Origin: Takakia lepidozioides
Lineage: Eukaryota > Plantae > Bryophyta
Length of the DNA: 64,000 nucleotides
Assembly (NCBI GenBank): GCA_030704615.1
Contig: CM060731.1
Location: 75,764,001 to 75,828,000 of the forward strand
Reading direction: 5' to 3'
Both the position numbers and the translations under genes were made by a program. Position 1 is the first letter of the stretch; each line of letters opens with the position of its first letter. The notes below the pieces were generated by a model, which saw nothing but the letters and a program-made list of their open reading frames with translations, did no database searches and was not told the DNA's origin. This document shows positions 31,427 to 43,700 of the stretch, in pieces.

Positions 31427-34400
31427 GCCAGTGTGAGTTTAGTTTTCATTTCACTCGAGAGAGATGCTTTGTCTAGATTTTTGTAGTGCTAAGCTAGATA
31501 GAGTTCTTTTATGTTAGCACTATGTCGATGGTATTTGAAGTAGGGAAAGCACAACTCCTAATGAGTGGTTAAGGTAGAAGTCATTGATGCCAGTTTTGTT
31601 TGCGGTATGGTACGATGGCGTGCATGGGAGGCACAACACAGGATGTCAAATAAGAGGATGGAGGCTTGGACAGCCTCGTAGGCTCTACGCATGATATACA
31701 AAGCCGGAGTAGCAGTTGTGCGGACAAACAGCTCGGCAGGTTGTTGCTTGCAAGTTGGTGAAAGAGCAAAGCGGCTTGTTCAAAGTGGGCCGTGAAAAAG
31801 CTGGTGGAGTGTTGCTTGTGTCATAAATGTTGTCAGAATCTGAAGCCTAGCATGTTTATGTGCACAAGAAAAAGAGTCTGGTGATCAGCCCGTAGTTAGC
31901 CTCCCAGTAGCATATTGGGCGGTGAAATCTTGCAACAGGGGCTAGCGGTTGCTGCAACCTGGTGAGACAGTGCAGGCACAAAGAGGGGCTGGGCGGCGTT
32001 GAAGCAGCCACATAATACAGTCGTGGAGCTTGCAGGGTAGCCAGAGTAGAGGAATACACCCGAGCTACAAGATGCTTGGTCGGACTCTTAGACCCTGTGT
32101 AGCCAGGAACATTTAAGACCGAGTTTTGTTGTATGAAGCTTTCACAGTACTCTAGTAGGCCACACATAAGGAGGCTATTAATGGCGTGGCCCTCGCCAGG
32201 CACGGCACAGCAGGCTGTAGTGGTGCAATTGTTTCTAGCATGGCTGTCGGTTGGAACGTCGTGACAGGCCTGGCTAGTGCAGTAGCGGCCTCACCAGTGC
32301 TAGGAAACAACATATGATGGTTTTGAAATCGAATGATGCTATATGGACCAGTTCAGTTTGCTTGACAAGAAGATCACGAAGAGGACTGGCGATTTGTTTG
32401 ACGGATTCTTTGAACGACGAGACGAGGCAGTTGCTGTCGAGTTCGAGGACACTGGGCTATATACTCCACAGAGTCGTTTGGTTAAATGTGAAGAGACAAA
32501 TGGCACACAAAAATGGGCAATGCGCACTTCAATGATGGAATGACTGAGTGATCAGTCCTGTGGCAAGATGAACATGACGGATCTTGAGACTGTTGGAGAC
32601 CTGCAAACAGTGGAGTTTGGATGGCCTTGACTCTAGGAAGGTGTGAAGAAGATTGACAAGCTCCTCCGCCGTGACCAGGTTGTGGTGATCTCATTAATCT
32701 CTGTGTTTTTCATGGTGGGCTATTTGAATTGGAACTGATCAGGGATAGTTTTGTCTGCCATTCGAATACCAACGTTCAACGATATGGCTGGCCACCACGT
32801 TGAAGTTGAAAAATGGTGGATGGCTGTGAAGTTGATTAGTTAATTCAAATGAGGGCCAATTGCTCTTGAATCGCTGGCCGAAGGAGTGTCAGGCTCTGAA
32901 CGGTTGGGGGATTTTGCGGGCACTCGCAGGGCACTGTATTTTGAACTTGATGGGAACCTACAGGGAATCGCAAAAACAAAATATACAGAGTCTGTTTGGC
33001 CATATCTTTGTCATATGAGCTTCGTTTGACGCAGTTTTTGGGGGGATACCTACAGATTGTGGAAATCTACATATTCAGACATATTCAGACATATTCAGGT
33101 TTTAGTTTTTTGGACTCTGCCAAAAATCTATGGAATTTTTTGAGTGTGAGTGTGAGTGTGCTATGAAAGATCCACAATTCTGTTTCTAGAACCTGTTGTG
33201 GTCTACATGAGAGACAAGTCTGTGGATGTCCACCTTGTATGGCTGGGGGCAATGAGGACGTAATTGAAGGGCATGTCTCTTCTCTTAGCCTGTGCACACA
33301 ATGAGACAAGATTTATGTTTCTCAAGGAACTCAGACTGATTTGAGTGGAGAACAGTTGGACGAGTTGATTGCATACTGGAAGTCAGGCATTAGCAATAGA
33401 CAGCAAACTGCTGTAGTTGGCATTGAGGGCCTCAATATTGCTTTGGACAGTCAGAACTCTGTTGGAGCAAGCAGTTCTGCAGCTGTAGGTGAAATACCAA
33501 AGTGGGTGGAAGCTAGGCTTGGAACACAGCCAAAGACAGCCCCGGGGACCAAGGTGTTCAGCCACAAGGCCATGGTATACTGGAGCAGAGGAGCAGGAGC
33601 TGCACAAGTTTTTGCAATCAGACGTGGTTGCAGCCGGACACGCTCTGCACGAGGCAACCACGAACGTGGGTTCATTAACAACGAATAGTTTGTTCTGCTT
33701 GAAGGAGATGCAGTCATTCGCAACGAGGACACCCGCAACCGTCTCAAAGCTTTCGAGTTGAAGACTGTCAGACCCTACCTTTATTTTCTTTAGTATTCAG
33801 TGAGCGGGGGATAGAGGAGTATTATTTTGTCTCTACCTGGCAGAGAGAGGAGGAGGGTTGGTTAGAGCGAGCTACTGTAGCTTGGGATAAGGTTAGTGGC
33901 AGGTTTCTGGATATAGATATACCTCCCACACCTTACCATCATGGAGAGCGAGGCACTTCGAGAGAAGTCTGGCAGTTGATAGCATAGATCAGAATTAGAT
34001 CTTGCTTGGTCGGACCTCTATTCTTCCCCTCCCTCTCTTTACTATTTTCATTACTTTGTACTTGTAGTTGTCAAAGCCTCTCTTGGTGGAGGCCAGTCAG
34101 TCCGGGGTTTTTGGGCTGGGGTATTCTGCAGGAGCAGCACTGCGGAGGGATTTTGGTGTGGGGGTATTGATGTTTTGGTTTCTTGTGTTTGGATCCCCCC
34201 CACACCTGCATGCTTGACTGTGCGCCATGTTGGTTTTGTGTGGGCACTTGCTTTCATAGGGATTAGGCCGGATTTGATCACCGGTCAATCCTAGAGTATG
34301 CTGTCGGTGGTGAGGCTGGAGTGATGACCAGCCAACCATAGGAGTTCTTGCGGTGGATGCAGGTGCAGGTGCCCTTAGCCACTGGGATATGACCCTTAAT

Positions 34401-34435
34401 CCGCAACAGGTGCTCACCCGTGTCACTATTAGAAT

Positions 34436-37400
34436 TAGTACTAGAGCCTTAAAGTGTCACGTGGGGGAGGTGCGGGTTGTGAGTGTCATCACGGAGTTAC
34501 CCAAGGGTTTTGAGGGGAGTACGGCTACAGGCAGTAGCAGTGAGAACAAGATGAGGTGTTCGATTTAGACCACCCTCACCTCCACCCTCAACTAGTGCAG
34601 AGTCTGACACAGACTCGGAGGTTTCATCAACAGGTGTGCAATTTCCTTTGCCATTGTTGTGGGACGACATGGAGGAGATGTATGGAGCTACCAAGGGGCC
34701 TCGTAGGTACTCTGGAGCTGTGGGCACAATCGAGCTGGATGACTTTATCCAGGAGTTCGACAGCTGGTGTGATTTGCAGCAGATGCGCAATCCACAGCTG
34801 TTCACCCCATTCATGGCGTGGAAGGGACTGTTCCAACATTTGGAAGGCCCGCCTATGGACGATTACGACGAGTTTAGGCGAGGACATGAAGCAGAGATTG
34901 AGGAGTAGAGGATGTATTGGTCACCTGACTACGTCTCCATTACTCGAGGCACGACGCGACCAGTAGCTGCATCAGTACCAATATCTCCCACTACCAGCAC
35001 TAGTAGTGGAACAAGTAGTGCCGGTACTTCTGCAGAAGGTGCTACTACTCCTCCTGCCACGACTACAACACATGTGCCTAGATTCAGTCCGGTGGTGGAG
35101 TTCTTCCAGGAGTTGCAGATGAACTACCAAGGCGTACGCACAGAGAAGCTGCAAAGTTTGCAAGACTTCCAGCACAAATCCAGTGAGAGATTGCGAGAGG
35201 CCTACACTCGTATGAGGCGCTTGATAAGTGTGACCCAAGGGGTTACTGAAGCTCAGGCAGTCCAGCTCTGGTATGGAATTTTGGACAAGGAGCTCGGGAG
35301 AAGGGTGCGGGATGCAACCCTGTTACAAGCGGCCCAACCCACATTAGCAGATGTGTTTCTACTGGCTGAGCGGATTGAGCTCAACATGGTGGAGGAGCGA
35401 GTTGTTACCATTGGATTTGGCAAGGACATGTGTGCACAAGGCGCAGCTGCTAGCCAATAGGCACAAGGGACTGCCCAACAGTGTGGTAAGGGGGGCAATG
35501 TTGCCCAACCCAAATTCCATGGAGCTTACAGGGGATCTCAGGTGCAGAGGCCAATAGCTTCTTTTGCAGGCCAACAGCAACCAGGGGTGGTATGTTGGAC
35601 ATGTGGAGGATCCCATGTCAAGAAAGATTGCCCAGAGAGTGACAAAGGGCTGGCACAAGCACAGCCTGCACAGTTGCAGTGTGGGCATTGTGGCAAGTAT
35701 GGACATGGAGATGCCCAGTGTTATGACTTGCACCCTGATTTGCGGCGAGACCAGTTCCAAGGGAACAATGGTGGCCAAGGGCAAGGTAGAGCACCTCAGA
35801 GAGGACGAGGTGGTCAAGCACGAGGTGCAGGACGAGGGCAAGCACAGTATGGCCAAGGACGTGGAGGTCAGGGCGTTGACCAAGGCATGGCCAACCGGCT
35901 TCAGCAGCTAGAACAAAGGCTTACTGCCATGGCCACAGCTCAGGTGGTACCAACTCCAAGACCTGAGGGTCCACCTCATGTTCCTCCTCAGCAGCGTCAT
36001 CCTGACAGAGTAGACATGGGAGGCATGGGATTTATGTGTGGGGCAGCACTACCACTAGTGCAGGTACAGTCTGCTGCAGCCGTCACTCAAGGAGCAGCAC
36101 GAGTTCCTGAGCCATGAGGTGCAGAAGTGGAGTTGGATCCAAAGCGTGGGGAGGCAAGCCGTCAGGCTAGGTTGCCTCAATCATTCATCTTGGCGGAGAT
36201 AGTGTCAACGACATCCATGGCACCTAGTTCTCGCCCGACGGATACCGAAGTAGAGGCTGTTATTGTGCCATTAGGGAGAGCTATACGTGCAGCACTGACA
36301 CCTGCTGCCAAGGCTAGTGCAGCCAGTGTATTGTTGGGGGCGGCCACCTCTGTGTATCAGGCCCCACTGTTCTCGGCAACCATGATTGCAACGCCGGGGG
36401 TAAGACCAGCTGCAGTGTTTAGACTAGCAGCAACACTCTGCGAGAGTGGGGAGGTCACTTCATCTTCTGCGGAATTAGTGGAAGATGTAGTGGCAGAGGG
36501 ATCCTCCGATTTGAGGGTCAAGACTGCCACAACTGCGCCATGACAAGCTGCAGCTGTCAGGTTGACGGAGTTGCCAGCTAGGCCAGCCTTTGAGCGCGCC
36601 ATGGTGACACCTGGAGTTGTCTTGTTAGACAACCAGGATGGCATTTTCTCTTTGAGTGGACCGGCAGGCAAGAGGTACCGGCCACCGCGGGTCTTGTTGG
36701 ACTCGGGAGCTCAGCCACTGATGTTGGGAAGAGCTGTTATTGCAGGTTTGGGCCTCATGGAGGCAGATATGGAGCCTTGTTCTTTCCAGATACAGACATC
36801 TTTGGGAGGATCAGAGGGGCGCATGATTTGGAGCGGGTTGACCCTATTCACTTGGTAGTGGCAGGTTGGCCCTGCCAAGGGCATTCATCAGCCGGGTATG
36901 GCAATGGGTTACAAGACTCAAGGTCACGCCTGTTTTGGGAGATGCTGAGGGTCCTGCGCTATTTACTGCTTCAGCAGACAGACTCTCCGGCATATATCTT
37001 GGAGAATGTTCCATTGATGGGTGATTCTCGGGCCAAGGTGATGGCCAGTGTACATCAAGTGCGGTCTTGGCTTGGGTCAGCAGTATTGCTGGATGCAGCT
37101 GCAGTGGGGTCACGGGCTCATCGCCCACGACTATGGTGGACCAACTTGATGCCACCTGCATTGCTCAAGCGTGCATTTGGTGGGGTGCAGTGGCCCTCTA
37201 ACAACATTTGATGGGGTGTAGCGGCCAGCACACCTCACATTGGATAGCATTTTGGACATAGGGAGGCAGTTCAGCGTGTGAGACACGTTGACCGTTCGCC
37301 TTTGGCAGTGGTCAACAAGGTGGGTCAACCACAAGTAGCATTACCTACACTGCTCAGCTTGCCAGGATCGCATGCTTTCCGGGATAGTGGACTTGGCCTC

Positions 37401-40400
37401 CTTTGGGATAGCCAGTTGCAGCAGTTAGTGGAGCCCAATGCTGACGAGTGCGAGCGGGCAATGGGTTTTACCACTGGTACCACGGCGGTGCCATCTCTTT
37501 CTGAGGCATCACGTCGTCAGGTGTTGGGGCAAGCCATGGATTTCAATTGCTTGACCTGGATTATCAGCTTGGCTATGGCTGAGCAGCGCAGAGTACGGAG
37601 TACACTTCCCTTGATAGTCTCTCTGCCTACCGAGATGGTACATGCAGCGAGTGGGGGTGAACAGGTGAGGATCACAAGGTGCAAGCTGCATCCATGGCAC
37701 ACGTGGGAGGTGCTCGAGGTTCAGAGGGAGTTGGCAGCCAAGGCAGCGGTGATGGATGAGGTTGGGGATTTTTCTCGGGTTGAGGAGGTCCTTAAGGATG
37801 GGATGATGGGGCAGGATGAGACATTGTCACTGACAGAGCATGCAGTGGTCACTGCTCAAGAGGTTGCAGCATAGCAACCACGGGACGCGTCTTCTATCTC
37901 TAAGCCTGCTGGACTCAAGGTTGCAGTCACGGAGGACAACTGGGAGCCTGATGTTGGACCCATAGTCACCGGAGGAGAGAGACAACGTATACGGCGGTTC
38001 TTGAGGGCTTACAGGAACTGCTTTGCCTTCAGTTTGAAGGACTTGGGAGCACTGAAGGGTCAAGAGATTCACATTGAATTGGCCACTAACACGCCAATCT
38101 TTTGGAGACCCTATAGATACAGTGACATGGAGAGGTCCTTGATTCAGATGAGGACTCGGGACCTTTGGGAGGTTGGTTTGGTGGAGCTATCTGGTGGAGA
38201 GTATGATTCAGCCACAGTGATGCCAGCCAAGAAGGTTGTCTATGGCAATTGGATGGAGAGACGTATGTGCGGTGATTACCGGCCTGTAAATCGTCAGACC
38301 AAGTCCGATAGGTATGCCATGCCAACACCAGAGGAGATCTTTGATGCCATTGGGCATGCCAAGGTCTTTAGCTCTTTGGATTTACGATCCGGATATCACC
38401 AGTTGCCGATCAAGGAGGCGGATAAGTAGAAGACGACATTCTGGGGGATCAATGAGCACGCGAATGATTGCCTATACCAGTGGCGGTTCTTACCATTTGG
38501 GCTTAAGAACGGTCCTGCAGAGTTTCAGAGAGTCATGGACAGGATTCTAGCAAGGGTGGAGTTTGCTCGGGGCTACATAGATGACATCATCATCTTTAGT
38601 GCTACGGTGGAAAAGCATGAGAGACACCTTGAGGTGGTATTTGAGCGCTTGAGGGCGCACGGATTGAAGTTGCATCCGAGGAAGTGCAAGTTTTTCCACA
38701 ACCAGATTAAGTATCTGGGTCACATGATATATCCTGGAGGATTGGGGGTACAACAGACTAAGGTAGAGGCCATTGCACAGATTCCACGCCCCACGGATGT
38801 AAGCAGAGTTCGAGCTTTCATGGGGTTGGCAAACTATTATAGACGGTTTGTCAAGGGATTTAGTGCCATTGCAAAGGCTCTAACCAAGCTGACCAAGGTG
38901 GACCAGGAGTGACAGTGGGAAGATGAGCAAGAACGAGCTTTCCAAGAGCTCACCTCAGCGCCCATCTTGAGACGACCTATCAGGGGGCGTCCTTTTCAGC
39001 TGCATACAGATTGGAGCATGCTAGGGCTTGGAGCGGTGCTCACACAGGTGGATGATGAGGGAAGAGAGTTCGTAGTGGCTTATGCCAGCCGCTCGAACAA
39101 CGCTGCCGAGGCTAAGTATAGCTCATATGAGGGAGAGTGCTTAGCTTCAGTGTAGGCCGTGGCACACTTCAGGTGCTATCTATATGTCAATCTCTTCATC
39201 CTTGTCATGGATCACCAGCCACTCAAGTGGTTGATGGAGTCAGACAAGCTTATGGGGAAGCTTGCACGGTGGGCACTCATACTTCAAGAGTATGACTTTC
39301 AGGTTGTGCATCAACCGGGTTTGGTCAATCGGGATGTGGATGGGTTGAGTCGCAATCCATGCACGAGCCAGCAAGATGACACTGGAGCTCGGTGGCATGG
39401 TGAGACGGACGAGGAGATGATGCCCGGATGACATGCATCTGCATTTCTGTGTATCTTGGCAGCGGAAGCCCAGGTTGGAGCTACAACAGGGATGAATGTA
39501 GACCGAGTGTCTGAGGACCCTGAGGCCAGCAATGAGCAAGGTGGCGCCAAAGATATACATGAGGATTCAGCTGTGTTGGACTATCTCCGCACTGGGGGCA
39601 CGGCAGCCACTGTGATTGCCAAGGAGAGGGATCGGATCCTACAACGAGCCAAGAGGTTCAAGTGGGAGGGGACACACCTGCTTCGAGTGTGGGAGGATGG
39701 TCGAGTGAAGATTGTGCCTCACCCAACCCAGCGGGCACGGTTAGTGCGGCATGCCCATGAGGAGTTGGGGCATTTTGGGGTGCGACGCACTCATAGTCTA
39801 CTACAGGGGTAGTATTGGTGGCGTGGTATGCACACAAAGGTGCAACAATTTGTGGCTAGGTGCATGGTGTGTGACAGGGTGCGTGCTTCATTCAACGCCC
39901 CTACACCACAATTGCACCCTCTTCCGATCATGGGATTGGGCTACAGGTGGAGTCTTGACTTCGCAGGGCCGTTGCTATTGACCATGCGCCACAACAAGTA
40001 CGTGTTGGTGATGGTGGAGCACTTTTCCAAGTGGATCGAGTTGGTTCCATTGCCTGATAAGGCTAGTGAGGGAGCTGCGTATGCATTCTTGGATTGTGTA
40101 CTTAGCCGATTCGGTGCTCCAGCTGAGGTACTCACGGACCAAGGGAGAGAGTTCTTGGGGGAGTTTCAGGCGTTGTGTGACAAGGCCTTGGTAGACCACC
40201 GCACCACTTCTCGGGATCATCCTGAGGCCGATGGCTTGGCAGAGAGGGTTGTTCAGACAGTGAAGAGGGGTTTGCGCAAGTATGCCTTGCAGAAGGGACA
40301 CCTAGGAGATTGGGACCTTCAGTTACCTTGGTTAGCCTTGGGCTACAGGTTCAGCAAACAAGCATCACTTGCCTCCTTCTCACCATACTTTCTTCTCTTT

Positions 40401-40794
40401 GGCCGAGAGTCGGATTTGTCTACATCCATTCGTAGAGAAGCTGCTACAGTTCTTAACCTTGACGATCCGGACATGTGGGCACGTGCATGTGATCAGCGTG
40501 CAGAGTTGTTCAAGCAAGTCATGCCCATGGCTTTCGAGAACCTTGCCATTGCACAACATTGTGATACGTTGAGGTATGCTACCATACGTGGTGGGGGCTA
40601 TCGTCCTGGGGTTCGGAGATTTAACCCTGGTGACTATGTTTATCTGCAGCAAACTGCTCCTACGACCCTGGATGTGACTGCAGGACGTACTATTTTGAGG
40701 ATTCGAGAGGTGTTGCCCTCAGGAGTCCTGATCTTGGAGGGTCGGGATGACATGATTTGGAAGGACCATGTGCGTAATTGCGCGCCATGTCACC
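34436..40794 (+). mobile_element. Ty3/gypsy LTR retrotransposon internal region: Gag(2xCCHC)-protease-DNA cytosine methyltransferase-RT-RNase H-integrase; decayed, 3' end lost or interrupted
   Basis: Degenerate iMet PBS tagtactagagcc (34436-34448). Zinc knuckles CWTCGGSHVKKDC and CGHCGKYGHGDAQC. Protease LLDSGAQ. RT RMCGDYRPVN, LDLRSGYHQ, YIDDIIIF. RNase H TDWS, YSSYEGE, DHQPL. Integrase HEELGHFG..CMVC, WSLDF, TDQG, GLAER. Domain order is gypsy-type. Confidence 0.93.
36816..37570 (+). pseudogene. DNMT3-like C5-cytosine methyltransferase domain inside the gypsy polyprotein (motifs IV, VI, VIII, IX, X; I-III deleted)
   Basis: LVVAGWPCQGHS (PCQ 36870-36878), SRLFWE, YILENV (37002-37010), DAAAVGSRAHRPRLWWTN (37122-37145), ERAMGF..GTT (37452), RRQVLGQAMD (37524). 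Confidence 0.92.
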
Positions 40795-43700
40795 TGTTAG
40801 AGGGCTGCTTGGTACTTAGACGCTTTTACGGGATCTGTGGGGTACCCTTAATTTTTACACAGACTGAGACCAACAGGAGCCTTAGGGGTGATAGCAACAG
40901 GCTTTAGGGGGGGAGATACACAGCCCGACATAGCCCATCATAGTCCGACACAGCCGACACAGCCGACACAGTCAGACACAGCCGTCACAGCTCCGTACAG
41001 CCAACACAGCCCGACACAGCCGACACAGCCCAACACAGCCGCCACAGCTTCGCACAGCCCTACACAGCCTGATACAGCCAGTCACAGCTCGGCACAGCTG
41101 GGGGACAGTTATCATTGGCAGGGAACGACTGTGGGGGAACGATATCTGAAAAAAGAACGTGTACTACAGGATTGACGGTTAGTTAGGAAAGCGGTTAGAA
41201 CAGCTTGTAGGTAGATAAAGCCAAGAGCGGGGACGTCTGGGAAATCACTTCTGGGGGGGACTTCTGGCATCACGGCTGGGAGATCAGGTGGGGAGCGCAT
41301 CTCTGAACGAAAAGATGGAGAGCACGAAGTAGGAGGAGAGACGATCTGTTGATGCTTGATGAATGCAAGCTGTAGAGTTATAATGTAGAGCAGTTTAGAG
41401 ACGCCATGGCTTCAGCCTGATACTTGATAGAAATTAATCTGATACATACTTCATACTCACACTGTGTAGAGAGACCTGAGTGAAGCTGTGGAATGGATGG
41501 ATGAGTTGATGGAACCTGATAGATTGCTGAAGCAATCTGATACTTAAATTGCCAACAGTAAGGGAACTTGCTAACATGAATACGGGAATGAATACAAATA
41601 GAAAACACCCCCATGATACACTAGCTGTAGGTCATGACTGATTGTTCTGAGCGGGCTGAGTGCTTAGAGATTTCCAACTCTTCTATCTTGGAGTTCCCAC
41701 CTCGGATAGCGAAGGGATGGGTGAGTAAAAGCCGCCCGAAATTTGGCGACCATACTGGGGAACTAAGTCTTGAACAACCAGATGTGACAGGCATCTAGTG
41801 GGATCATGGTGGTTGGAGAATTAAAGAATTTGATGTGAATCAAATTCCCTGTGAAACTGAGAAGGAAAGATTGTCCAAACGATTCTTTCAGAGGTTCTTG
41901 GAATTGCCAGACGGTTGTAAAGAAAACATTCTTAAAAGAGTGCATGATGCTGACCCTGAGTGGGGTCTGGAGAAGGGAGTGATAAAGATTTATCAGGTGG
42001 CCTGTAGAGGAAGAGCACGTTGGTTATCAACACTGGTTTATATGGAAAAATGGCGCCGAAAAATAAAATAAAAATGATAGCATTGCTATCCATTAAGCGA
42101 GTAGAGTTTGAAGGCTGGGAGGAAAGGAAGGTGAATGTTTATATTCATATGCATGAAGAGCTTGTACTGGTAAAGAATTGGATTCCAAAGGATATTCTGT
42201 GGATCAAACTCACACCAAGAACAGCTTTCCAGACTTGTTTGCCATATGGTTATATGGTAACGGAGACTTCTAATATAGCCAAGGGTGCATTGAAGCTTGA
42301 AAGAAACCCAGGCATATACGAGAGATACTACAGAAGAGAGTTTTGGTTACTGCCACATTAAAGAAATGAAAGACATGGGACATGAGTGATGAAAGAGAAG
42401 CTAGACTCCAGAGATATTAAGCAAAAAGAGAAAGTTATCTGAAAGCTAATTATCCATATCTTTGGGAGAGAGGAATAGACATAGGGGAATCATCTGGACC
42501 TCTCACACCATTAAGATCAGAGAGTACATCACCCATACCGGAAGAACTAGAGTTGGATGCCACTCCTTCTTTTTCTTTGCAAGAAAGATTAAGGGAATTG
42601 GTACGGGAAGAAGATCAATCACGAGGTGAAAGATCTGAGGTACATCCCTGAATAAAAGATTTGACAGAAATCTTTGATAAGAGTTGGCATGGAACACCAA
42701 AAGCACGAACTCCAGTTTCTGAAACGGAAGGTGAAGAAGGAGGAGAGGATGTGGCAGAGCCAACGGAGAGTTCAGACTCTCCAACCCCATTACAGTTGAG
42801 TTACATGAGTGAAGAAGAAACCCAAGGGCAGAACTTAGAGGATGAAAATAGAGAGAAGAAATTGGAAGAGGAAGAGTATGAAGAAGTAGACCCAACAGCT
42901 GAGGTTGAGACTACAACCAGGACATCCCAACCCGTTGGACCTGGATCAAGTGGAGCACTTGGATCACAGGCCAACAAAGGTGTCGGCTCAGGGGGATCAG
43001 GCGGGCAACCTGGATCTGGCTCTAGAGGGACAGGGAGTGTGGGAAGTAGTGCAACTGGAGCTGGGAATACTGTGAATATCGTGGGGCCAGTAGCAAGGAG
43101 TGCTCAGGGGGCACCACTTGGTGGGAGATCCACCACAACTACAACAGGTCCTCAAGGACCATCACCTGTCAGTGGGCAGAAGGTAGGGCCATAGATGGCG
43201 TTACAACCAACACGGGCAAAACCACCTTTTCCAATATATTCAGGAAAAAAGGATCCCGATGTACACATTAGCCAATTTGAGCACATGTGTATAGTGAACA
43301 ATGAGAATGGCGATGATGCCAAGATGAGACTGTTTCCTTGTTCCCTTATCAAGAAAGCAAGTGAATGATATGCAAGATTCCCTGATAATCATTTCCTAAC
43401 CTGAAATGGCTTGAATACAACATTCCGAAATAGGTTCAGGACAAGTAAAACTGAGGATGAAGTGTATGGAAGTTTACAACAGTTAAAGCAAAAGAAGCAT
43501 GAAATTGTTGAGGAGTATATGGAAAAAATGGAATTGTTGATGAAAAAGCTGGCTGCTGTACCAGCACCAGGTTTACAGAAGACTTGGTTTGTGAGTGGAC
43601 TAAGACCAGAGTTGCAAAAGAAAGTGGATATGTTACCCCATAATACAGTGGAGGAGGCATTTGAAACAGCAAACAAAATTGAGCAATTGGGAATGCTCAG

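Noticed and set aside
36805-36830. Programmed gag-pol frameshift at the protease/MTase junction
   Set aside because: No slippery heptamer, and both domains are truncated at the junction; deletion is simpler.
36816-37570. Host DNMT3/DRM gene
   Set aside because: It is intronless, has no own start or regulatory domains, and is in frame with RT inside a gag-pol ORF.
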